DNA of 64,000 nt, taken from NCBI GenBank assembly GCA_963771075.1, contig CAVYSE010000020.1, forward strand, positions 79,651 through 143,650. The letters run 5' to 3'. The translations under genes were made by a program, and so were the position numbers. This DNA comes from a candidate division FCPU426 bacterium. GTDB lineage: Bacteria > Oederibacteriota > Muellerivitia > Muellerivitales > Muellerivitaceae. The notes under the pieces were generated by a model. That model was given only the letters and a program-made list of their open reading frames with translations. It made no database searches and had not been told where the DNA came from. Shown piece by piece: positions 9,842 through 18,231 of this stretch. Every line of letters begins with the position of its first letter. Position 1 is the stretch's first letter.

Positions 9842-11553
9842 GGAAACCCCGCTATTGCGCCCCGAACCGACCGAGGGGTCAGGGTTGGTTGATCTTTGGC
9901 GCATTGTTTCTCATTCTATGGTTTTTCGTCTTACGCCTTCAAAACCCTGGGATCATGACCGATGACAGCGGGGAATTTTCGGCGGCCAGCTGTCAATTGG
10001 GCCTTCCCCATCCCCCCGGCTATCCTCTTTTGTGCCTTCTTGACAGGATTTTCACCCTACTTCCCATCGGCACCCCCGCATTTCGCCTCAACCTGCTTTC
10101 CCAGCTTTTTGGCGTTGGCGCTCTTCTCGTTTCCATAAAGCTTTTGCGGAGGATCTTGCCCCAAACGGAAAGCTCGCCAGGTTTAACGCTTTTTTTAGCT
10201 TGGCTAGGCATGGCCTTCTTGGGATGTCGGGATCTTTTGTCCCAAAGCCTGACTGCAAAGGGCTGTGTCTATACCTTGACCCTTCTGTTTACCGCTTGGT
10301 TGCTGATCTTGTACTGGGATCGGATGGCCGTCAAAAGAGGTCTTAGAATGATGCTTCCGTTTTTTGTCTGGGCCCTGGGTATGTCGAACCATTGGCAAAC
10401 CCATCTGGTATGGCTGCCTTTTTTAGGAGTCTGGTTTTATCAAACCCGCGCCCAATGGGGCATGAAGGAATTGGCGCGGGGTTTCACCATTGCCCTGATC
10501 GGGCTCTCCCCTTATCTTTACCTGTCCTTAAGAGGTAACCTCCATCCCCTGCCTTGCTGGGGAGATCCCAACCACTGGAGGGGTTTTAATTGGATCGTCA
10601 CCCGCAAATTGGTGTCGGGCTTGGAACCGTTCACCCGCGACTTGGATTTTTATCTTTCCTATTTGAGTCAACTCAAGCTTATTTACACGACCCATTGGTT
10701 GCCGGGTTTTGTTTTGGGTGTCCTGCCCGGCGTTTATTTTCTCGGGAAGAAGGAAAGGGACTGGCTGAGAGGCCTTTTGGTCTTGGGGATCTCAGTGTTC
10801 CTCGCGGTTGGCGTGATCCATGAAGAGAATAACACCTTCCTGGTTCCCCTCTATTTGCTTTCCCTTTCCTCACTGGTTTGGCTCGTGGCGGGTTACGGAT
10901 GGTGGGTCCTGTTCGGGAGGATCCAAAAAGGAAGAATCGGGATCATCCTTTTGCTATTGGCTATTCAATCATTTTGGACCGCTAAGGCGATGGGCCTGGA
11001 GGATAAAAGCCGATATGCCTTGGCAGGGGATTTCGCCGATAACGTACTCCTAGGACTCCCGCAAAATGCCGTTTTGATCGGGGAGGGGGATCATTACGTT
11101 ATGGGCATCTGGGATGCCATCTACGCCCGAGGTGAAAGGCCCGACGTGACCTTTGAGCCGGGGGTATTCCTGGTGCACGATTGGGGTTGGCGCCAGATCG
11201 CACAGCAAGATAGGGATTGGTCTGCCATAAGCCAATCGCCCCTTTTCCAGGAAAGATTGGAAACCTTGACGTCCCAACCCCTCCGGCATCCCCTTTACTA
11301 TTCCCTGGATAACAACAAAATGAGACTCGCCCTGGTTGCAGTGCGGGGCCGCTGGGTCAGGGAAGGTTTAGCCATGCGGTGGATTGAAATTCAGAAGGGG
11401 AAACGCGTGGAACCTTCTTCCGCGCAAACACGTCGGCTTTATTCCCTTCAAAGATTCAGGTGGAAAGCGGGCGATGAAAATGCCTGGGACCCCTCGTCTC
11501 AGGTCATCCTGGCTTATTACCGAGGGGAAGGAAGCAAAAACCCCAAAGAATAA
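9817..11553 (+). CDS. DUF2723/TMEM260-family GT-C glycosyltransferase-like membrane protein
   Basis: DDSGEF, LGLPHPPGYPL, AFRLNLLS, SNH, PYLYLSLR, WGDP, LPQNAVLIGEGD, RPDV. Confidence 0.82.
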   Translation: MEAPEPAIGKPRYCAPNRPRGQGWLIFGALFLILWFFVLRLQNPGIMTDDSGEFSAASCQLGLPHPPGYPLLCLLDRIFTLLPIGTPAFRLNLLSQLFGVGALLVSIKLLRRILPQTESSPGLTLFLAWLGMAFLGCRDLLSQSLTAKGCVYTLTLLFTAWLLILYWDRMAVKRGLRMMLPFFVWALGMSNHWQTHLVWLPFLGVWFYQTRAQWGMKELARGFTIALIGLSPYLYLSLRGNLHPLPCWGDPNHWRGFNWIVTRKLVSGLEPFTRDLDFYLSYLSQLKLIYTTHWLPGFVLGVLPGVYFLGKKERDWLRGLLVLGISVFLAVGVIHEENNTFLVPLYLLSLSSLVWLVAGYGWWVLFGRIQKGRIGIILLLLAIQSFWTAKAMGLEDKSRYALAGDFADNVLLGLPQNAVLIGEGDHYVMGIWDAIYARGERPDVTFEPGVFLVHDWGWRQIAQQDRDWSAISQSPLFQERLETLTSQPLRHPLYYSLDNNKMRLALVAVRGRWVREGLAMRWIEIQKGKRVEPSSAQTRRLYSLQRFRWKAGDENAWDPSSQVILAYYRGEGSKNPKE

Positions 11554-11575
11554 GGGGATTTTCCAAAGCATCTAT

Positions 11576-11584
11576 TGTTATAAT
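11576..11584 (+). promoter_or_regulatory. Extended -10 promoter element upstream of the PilT-TPR gene
   Basis: TGTTATAAT (TGnTATAAT) in an AT-rich gap about 42 nt before ATG 11627. Confidence 0.55.
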
Positions 11585-11626
11585 AACGATGTTTTTTAGG
11601 CCATTTAAACGATTCCGGGAGATGGA

Positions 11627-13930
11627 ATGGACCTTCAGCCGATCCTGAACTCAATGGTTGAAAAAAAGGCATCCGATGTCCATATGAAGGCCGGGGCCCC
11701 TCCCATGTTCCGCATTGACGGCGACCTTCAGCCCCAAAGTGAGACCCCGCTTACCCCCCAGGAATTGGCCGAAGTGGCCTCCTACCTAATGGATGAAAAA
11801 CAACAACGCACTTTTTTTGAAGAACACCGGGAAGTGGACTTAGCTTACGCAGTGGAAGGCCTAGCCCGTTTTCGGACGAACGCCATGTGGCAAAGGGGTC
11901 TGCCCGAGATCATCATGCGGGTAATTCCCCAGATCATTCCCCGTATTGAGGACATCAATATGCCCACTGCCGTTCTAAAACAAATCGCTTCAGAACAACG
12001 GGGCTTGATCCTTGTTACGGGTATCACCGGATCAGGCAAAAGCACCACATTGGCTTCCTTGATCAATGAGATCAACCTGAACCGATCCGCTCATATAGTT
12101 ACAATCGAGGACCCGATTGAGTTTGTGCACACGGATAAAAAATCAAGTGTTTCCCAAAGGGAAGTGGGTCTGGATACCGAAAGCTTCAAGTCGGCACTGA
12201 AATATGTGTTGCGCCAGGATCCGGATGTCATCCTGATCGGTGAAATGCGTGATGTGGAGACGGTTTCAGCCGCTATTTCGGCGGCTGAGACGGGACATTT
12301 AGTGTTCTCCACCCTTCATACGATGGATTCCATTCAGACCATTGAGCGTATCCTTGATTTTTTCCCTCCGACCCAACAAAACCAGATCCGTGTCCAACTT
12401 TCGGGAACCATTCGTGCAATCATTTCCCAGCGACTGGTTGGGAAGGCGGATGGGGTTGGAGTGGTTCCAGCTTGCGAGATATTGATCGCCACGCCCACCA
12501 TCAAGTCGCTGATCGGGGAAGGGAAAATCTCCACCATCCGGGGTTTCATCGCCGAGGGCCACAGCCAGTATGGCATGCAGACATTTGACCAGTCCCTGAT
12601 CGAATTGGTCCGAAAAGGCATGATCACCAAGGAAAACGCCATGGAACAGGCCACTTCCCCCAGTGAAATTGACCTGGGGTTAAAAGGGATTTCCTCTTCC
12701 AAAGCCTCAGCCCAATCCCTTATTTCCCAGATGGAAAACAGTCAGCAAAAAGAGCGTTTGAGTGGATGGCTAAAACGCGCCCAGGAACTTTATGGAAAAA
12801 ATAGAGAGGATGAGGCACGGGCCGAATTGCGGCGAATCCTACAGGAACAGCCAGACCATAAGGAAGCCAACGCTCTGATGGCCCGAATCCGGGAAAAGGA
12901 CGATCAATCCGAAAAGAAAAAGGATGTATCGGGTATCGTTAAAACTGCCCTTCAAATGTACCGGGAAGGAAAACAACAAGCTTCTATACTGGAGTTTCAA
13001 AAAGCCTTGGAATTGGACCCCAGTAATAAACAGGCTGAGGGTTACGTCCGTTCCATTCGCGCCGAGTTGGAAAATCAAACCAAGGCCAGGGAAATCTTCC
13101 AAACAGCACTCCAAGTCCAGCAGTCCGGTGATTTAGCTGCAGCGCTCTCCCAAGTTGAGCAGGCACTCGCCTTGGATCCAACCCACGAGCAGGCCAAGGT
13201 TCTCCAACGTAATTTGAGATTGGCGATTCAAAAGGAACAGGCCAAGGTAAAAGCGGGTGAATACAGTCAAACGGCGGTGGATTTATATAAAAACGGAGAC
13301 CTTTTGGGGGCCCTTGTTGCGTGGAACAGGGCTTATGAGTTGAACCCGGACTTGGAAGAGGTGGCGCGGTACCTCCATCAGGGTATCCAGAAACTGTTGT
13401 CTTTCGGGGTGGAGGGGATCGATTTGAACCCGGAGAAGGAAACTATTTTGGGCCTTTTTGAACAGGGCGTCCGCAGTTATGTTCGGGGCGATTTCCAAAC
13501 CGCCATTGAGTTTTTCAAGAAGGCTACGGGGAAGGCCGAAGGTAATACCTATCTAGCGGCCTATCTCCAAAAATCAACCCAGATGTTGGAAGACCAGATA
13601 AATGATATTTTCCAGGCCGGGTGGCGCGCCCACCAGGCAGGAGAGTGGTTAAACGCCCAAAAAGAGTATTCCAAGGTTCTCCGCCTTTCTCCTGGGCACC
13701 CCGAGGTGGTCCGCCAATTGGGGGAGCTGAAAATTCATATTCAGCAAGAATCCGAAAAGCTTTACCAAGAGGGGAAAAAGTCGTTCGAGGCCAACGACAC
13801 GGATCAAGCCATAAGGGTTTGGGAAAAAATATTGGAATTGGATCCGTCGAATGAAAGGGCTTTGAAAAAAATCGAGGAGGCCAAATTGAAAAAAAACACC
13901 CTCAGTGGCATCTTCTCGAAGATAGGTTAG
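11627..13930 (+). CDS. pilT: PilT/PilU-family type IV pilus retraction ATPase fused to a TPR-rich C-terminal region
   Basis: ASDVH, GITGSGKST, TIEDPIE, LRQDPDVILIGEMRD, GHLVFSTLHT, GMQTFDQSL, then about 400 aa of TPR-like helices. Confidence 0.9.
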   Translation: MDLQPILNSMVEKKASDVHMKAGAPPMFRIDGDLQPQSETPLTPQELAEVASYLMDEKQQRTFFEEHREVDLAYAVEGLARFRTNAMWQRGLPEIIMRVIPQIIPRIEDINMPTAVLKQIASEQRGLILVTGITGSGKSTTLASLINEINLNRSAHIVTIEDPIEFVHTDKKSSVSQREVGLDTESFKSALKYVLRQDPDVILIGEMRDVETVSAAISAAETGHLVFSTLHTMDSIQTIERILDFFPPTQQNQIRVQLSGTIRAIISQRLVGKADGVGVVPACEILIATPTIKSLIGEGKISTIRGFIAEGHSQYGMQTFDQSLIELVRKGMITKENAMEQATSPSEIDLGLKGISSSKASAQSLISQMENSQQKERLSGWLKRAQELYGKNREDEARAELRRILQEQPDHKEANALMARIREKDDQSEKKKDVSGIVKTALQMYREGKQQASILEFQKALELDPSNKQAEGYVRSIRAELENQTKAREIFQTALQVQQSGDLAAALSQVEQALALDPTHEQAKVLQRNLRLAIQKEQAKVKAGEYSQTAVDLYKNGDLLGALVAWNRAYELNPDLEEVARYLHQGIQKLLSFGVEGIDLNPEKETILGLFEQGVRSYVRGDFQTAIEFFKKATGKAEGNTYLAAYLQKSTQMLEDQINDIFQAGWRAHQAGEWLNAQKEYSKVLRLSPGHPEVVRQLGELKIHIQQESEKLYQEGKKSFEANDTDQAIRVWEKILELDPSNERALKKIEEAKLKKNTLSGIFSKIG

Positions 13931-13943
13931 GAAAGGGAATAAC

Positions 13944-14345
13944 ATGAAAACACTTATCGTATTGGGGGGGATCCTCATCCTCGTTTTGGCCGTGTTTTTG
14001 AATGCGAAGATGCTCGCCGAACAGGCGGAGCAATGGGTCAAGAACAATCCGAAAGATCCACACGCGCCAGAGGTTCTTTATTACGCCGCCCGTTATTGCG
14101 ATATCTTGGGCGATAACGCAAAGGCCCAATCCGTTTATTGGGAAGTTTACCAGCAGTACCCGGAAAATTCAGCCTTGTGTGCCGCTTCCCTCTATTATGA
14201 AGCCGACAATAAGGTCGAGACGTCCGCCGCTACGAGAAACTACGCGATACCCATCCTGGATATCGTGCTTAACCAATATTCAAGTGAGGAGGAATGGGTG
14301 CAAAAGGCAAAAGCTCTCAGGGACCAGGTGACTTATGTTCGATAA
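13944..14345 (+). CDS. Small membrane-anchored TPR-like protein
   Basis: N-terminal hydrophobic helix; PHAPEVLY and QQYP patterns of YbgF/BamD-like helical repeats. Confidence 0.6.
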   Translation: MKTLIVLGGILILVLAVFLNAKMLAEQAEQWVKNNPKDPHAPEVLYYAARYCDILGDNAKAQSVYWEVYQQYPENSALCAASLYYEADNKVETSAATRNYAIPILDIVLNQYSSEEEWVQKAKALRDQVTYVR

Positions 14346-15528
14346 CATTTTTAAAAGGGAAGCTTTCGCTTTCGCGCTTTTTCTTTTATTGGCCAATGTC
14401 AACTTCGCCATCGCCAAGACCATTGAGGTAGAGGTGGACGGGGATGAATCGGCGACACCCACCTTGACATCTGAAACTGTGAGCTTCACGCCCACTGTTG
14501 CTTTACCGGTTGGCAGGGCCACCGGCGCGGATTCTATCTCTGCCGCGACTAGCACGGTGACTCCACGGTTTTCCTTATCTTCTCCGACTGGTACGGCTAC
14601 TATCGCGAGTTCTGTTCCTGCCGCGACAAATACGGCGACTCCAGAACTTTCCGAACCTTCTGCGACGAATACTCCGACTCAAGAACTTTCGGATGATTCA
14701 GCGAATACCGAGGAAACACCTACCCCTACACCAATCCTGGAGCCTTCGCCCACGGACACTGAGACGGTGGTTCCGAAAAAGGAGCCTGTTCAGGCCCCCG
14801 CACGGACAGTGCCTTCGTTAAAGTTAAAAAGGGTTCGTGCAGCGCAGGACATCAGCTTTTATTCTTTCCTTTCTTCCGGGTTCGTGGTTATGGATTCGGA
14901 GCCTAGGGAAATTCTGGGATTGGTGTATGCCTTTGAAGGCGACCCCATGAGCTATAGCCAGCCCTCGGAAGCCCATGTCAAGCTTGATCATCCAACACGC
15001 TCCAAGGTGGGCGACCTGCTCACGATTTATCACCTATACAAAAAATCGTTGGACAATTCCGAGCTTGGTTTTCAGGGGTCATGGGCGGAAATTCAAGCGG
15101 TCGTGCAGATCCAGGAAATCATCAAGGATATGGCTCGAGTTAAAATCATCGAAGGTTTTCAGCCTTTTTCCAATGGGGACATGGCGCGGGATTGCGGTAT
15201 CGACGTGAAACGCTGGAAAAAAGCCCAAACCAAGAAAAATCTGCCTTTGGCCGATATTTCCTGCTCCGTGGCGGGCGGCTATCCATTGAACGTCCAATAC
15301 AAGCAAACGGATACCATCGTGCTAACGGCTGGAAGTGATAAGGGTTTGGTGGAAGGAATGGTGTTTGAATTAGACCGCAAAACCGATCGGGGATTGGAGG
15401 GAAACCCACTATTCAATCCCCTCGGATTCGCCGAGGTTTTTTTCTGCGGAAATCAATACAGCTTGGCGCGTGTTACGGAGTCCAGGGATGGCATCCAGAA
15501 GGGATTCGCGGCCTTCTACCGGCCCTGA
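14335..15528 (+). CDS. Exported protein with Thr/Ser/Pro-rich linker and TsaP/FlgT-C-like beta domains
   Basis: Signal peptide; about 120 aa low-complexity region; two similar domains (VGDLLTIYH...GD; GSDKGLVEGMVF...IQKG). Confidence 0.55.
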   Translation: MFDNIFKREAFAFALFLLLANVNFAIAKTIEVEVDGDESATPTLTSETVSFTPTVALPVGRATGADSISAATSTVTPRFSLSSPTGTATIASSVPAATNTATPELSEPSATNTPTQELSDDSANTEETPTPTPILEPSPTDTETVVPKKEPVQAPARTVPSLKLKRVRAAQDISFYSFLSSGFVVMDSEPREILGLVYAFEGDPMSYSQPSEAHVKLDHPTRSKVGDLLTIYHLYKKSLDNSELGFQGSWAEIQAVVQIQEIIKDMARVKIIEGFQPFSNGDMARDCGIDVKRWKKAQTKKNLPLADISCSVAGGYPLNVQYKQTDTIVLTAGSDKGLVEGMVFELDRKTDRGLEGNPLFNPLGFAEVFFCGNQYSLARVTESRDGIQKGFAAFYRP

Positions 15529-15537
15529 AAAAGCCCA

Positions 15538-16425
15538 TTGACCCTCCAACCATCGTCCGGCCCGCCCTCGAATCCGGCGCCGGAAGAAGACATGCATCTA
15601 CAGGGAATTATGAAGCACCTCTTTGCGGCAAAAGGTTTCGACGCTTCCAGGTACAAACGAAACTACATCAAACGCAGGATCGCCGTCCGGATGAGGGCGA
15701 CGGGTTCAGGGACTTACGAGGAATACGGCCGCTTCTTGCGGCGCAAGCCATCCGAGATGAGTCTTCTGTTGGACCGATTGACCATTCACGTGACCGGTTT
15801 TTTCCGCGATCAGGCAGTTTTCCGGGCGTTGCGGGAAAGGGTATTTTCCAATCCGACGAAAGGAGATCTTTTCAAGGTGTGGTCAGCCGGATGCAGCACC
15901 GGCGAGGAGGCCTATTCAACAGCTATCGCGCTTAAGAATTGGGCCTTGGATCATCCTCCCTTCCCGTTTGAAATTTGGGCCACGGATATCGATCCTCAAA
16001 GCGTTCAAACGGCCGAAAAAGCTCAATACCCGGTTGAGGCCCTCTCCCAGGTGGATCGGGCCAGCCTGTCACGATGGTTTTACACCCAACAAGATAAGGC
16101 GGGAATCGTGGAGGAACTGAGGAAAAATGTCCGTTTTAGGACTCATGATTTACTGGGAGGATGGCCATCGGACTTGGATGGGTTTGACCTGGTCCTTTGC
16201 CGAAACGTGATGATTTATATGACCGCGTCCCAACAGCAAATTCTTTACCACAAATTCGCAAAAGCGCTAGTTCCCGGCGGCTTTTTGGTGTTGGGTCTGA
16301 CCGAAACGCTCATGGGCAAGGCTCGAGAGTTGTTTCATTGCGTGGACGTGAAACACCGAATCTATCGGGCTCATCTGGAATCTCCGGATCAGGGTGGTGT
16401 GCTGGGGGAGGAATCCTTTGGATAG
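15538..16425 (+). CDS. cheR: Chemotaxis methyltransferase
   Basis: TIHVTGFFRD, VWSAGCSTGEEAYS, ATDID, FDLVLCRNVMIY, GGFLVLG. Confidence 0.95.
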   Translation: MTLQPSSGPPSNPAPEEDMHLQGIMKHLFAAKGFDASRYKRNYIKRRIAVRMRATGSGTYEEYGRFLRRKPSEMSLLLDRLTIHVTGFFRDQAVFRALRERVFSNPTKGDLFKVWSAGCSTGEEAYSTAIALKNWALDHPPFPFEIWATDIDPQSVQTAEKAQYPVEALSQVDRASLSRWFYTQQDKAGIVEELRKNVRFRTHDLLGGWPSDLDGFDLVLCRNVMIYMTASQQQILYHKFAKALVPGGFLVLGLTETLMGKARELFHCVDVKHRIYRAHLESPDQGGVLGEESFG

Positions 16426-17596
16426 GGCCCAAGATCACATCAACCTGGGAACGGCTTTTTCCATTTCAAAGAGGTATGAGGACGCCATCGTTGAATTCCG
16501 TAAGGCGCTGGAATTAAGCCCTTCGGACGGTGAAATCCTTTTTCAATTGGGCGGGCTTTGTACCAACCTGGGTCGGTATGACGAAGCTAAAGACTTTTAC
16601 AGGCGGGCCCTGGAGATTAACCCCATGAACCTCAATGCCCACTGTAAGTTGGGGCTTTTGCTGGAGGCGGAGGGAAAGTACGAGGAAGCGGTGGTGGAGT
16701 TCGGAAAGGCCCTGGAGTTGAATCCCGCGGACGCGGGGCTCCACAATAATCTGGGCAATGTGTTGGCCAAGATGGGCCGTTATCCGCAGGCGCTCGAACA
16801 GTACCGGAGCTATACTGCCATTAATCCTAAGAACGCTGAAATCTTTTTTAAAATGGGGTTTGCCCATGAGCAGACGGGGGAACTGGATGCTGCCATTGAC
16901 GATTACGGCCAGGCCCTCAAAATCAATCCGCGTCACGCGGCGGTTCACGCTATTTTAGGAAACGCCCTTTCGAAGAGGGGAAAATTCAACGAGGCTCTGG
17001 CCTGCTACGAGGAGGCCTTGCGTTTGAATCCCCAGGAGCCTGAGGTCCATTTCCGGATGGGGATCGTGTTGATGAACCTGGGAGATTATGACCAGGCCGA
17101 AAAAATTCTAGAACATGCGGTCCAACGGAATCCGCTCAACGCCGAGGTTTATTTGAAACTAGGAATGATCCACGCCGGGCGAGGTCGGCACGAGGAAGCG
17201 ATCCGCATGTACAAGAAAGTCATGGAGATCAACCCTCATGACGCCAGTGTTCACAATGTTCTGGGCTACATATACGATAAGCAAGGTGATTCAGAAAGGG
17301 CCATGGAGGAGTACATGGCGGCAAAGGCTCTAAATCCGAACGATCTCGTGATTCTTGATAATCTTGGAAATATTCTCTATAAAAGTGGGAAATTCGATGA
17401 GGCGGTTGAGAACTACGCCCGAGTTGTCGCCCTAAACCCGGTGAATGGGGATGCGCACGCGAAACTGGGGAATCTTTACCTAAAAAAAGGGCAAAAAGGC
17501 CTGGCGATCGAACATTGGGAAAAGGCCCTCGCTTTGGAACCCCACAACGAGATCCTCAAGAATAACCTGAAATTCGTCAAGGGAACCGCGGAATGA
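16418..17596 (+). CDS. Cytoplasmic protein of 11 tandem TPRs
   Basis: Eleven consecutive 34-aa repeats; TTG start after a GGAGG RBS, overlapping the cheR stop. Confidence 0.9.
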   Translation: MDRAQDHINLGTAFSISKRYEDAIVEFRKALELSPSDGEILFQLGGLCTNLGRYDEAKDFYRRALEINPMNLNAHCKLGLLLEAEGKYEEAVVEFGKALELNPADAGLHNNLGNVLAKMGRYPQALEQYRSYTAINPKNAEIFFKMGFAHEQTGELDAAIDDYGQALKINPRHAAVHAILGNALSKRGKFNEALACYEEALRLNPQEPEVHFRMGIVLMNLGDYDQAEKILEHAVQRNPLNAEVYLKLGMIHAGRGRHEEAIRMYKKVMEINPHDASVHNVLGYIYDKQGDSERAMEEYMAAKALNPNDLVILDNLGNILYKSGKFDEAVENYARVVALNPVNGDAHAKLGNLYLKKGQKGLAIEHWEKALALEPHNEILKNNLKFVKGTAE

Positions 17597-18231
17597 GTCC
17601 CTTGCACCAAGAGAAATCCCTGGGGGAACTTCTGCGGCAAGCGGGCAAGATCACCTCCCGGCAGATTCAGGTGGCCCTGGTCGAGCAACGAAAAAGCCAT
17701 GAACCCATTGGCAAGGTCCTCGTTCGTTTGGGCTTTGTGGAAGAAAAGGATATTTTGCAGGTGATGCAGGGCCTGTCCACGCTGACCTTCGTGGTGGGAG
17801 GGGAACTTTTCGGGGTGGAAACATTCCGGGCGAGAGAAGTTTTGAAGTACGCACCCTTTAAACCCCTTCAGGGAGGTGGAGTTTGGGTCGGCTTTTGTCC
17901 CATCCACTCGATGGAAGTGCCTATCCTGTCGCTCAGGAGGGTCTTGGGTTTGGAGGATTTTCCCAATTCCGCCGCTACTTGGTTCGTTTTTTTGGATATC
18001 CGGGGAGTTCCATTCATCATCTGGGTCGATCGGGTCAGGGAAGTGATCCGTTTCAGGGTGGACCAAATTGAATCACCGCCGCCATATCTTTTTGGAAAAA
18101 AATCCGATTTGTTTTATTGTTTAGGTAAAATAAAAGACGATCTTTACTCCATCTTGAACCCTGAAAAATTACTGGAAGAGGGGCCTATTCCGCCCCCCCT
18201 CCCAAGGGAAAATTATGCCGACCCGGTCTGA
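17593..18231 (+). CDS. MshEN-like domain fused to a divergent CheW domain
   Basis: SLGELLRQAGKITSRQIQVALVEQ, 5-aa linker, PIGKVLVRLGFV; then TFVVGGELFGV, VPILSLRRVLG, VDRVREVI. Confidence 0.8.
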   Translation: MSPLHQEKSLGELLRQAGKITSRQIQVALVEQRKSHEPIGKVLVRLGFVEEKDILQVMQGLSTLTFVVGGELFGVETFRAREVLKYAPFKPLQGGGVWVGFCPIHSMEVPILSLRRVLGLEDFPNSAATWFVFLDIRGVPFIIWVDRVREVIRFRVDQIESPPPYLFGKKSDLFYCLGKIKDDLYSILNPEKLLEEGPIPPPLPRENYADPV

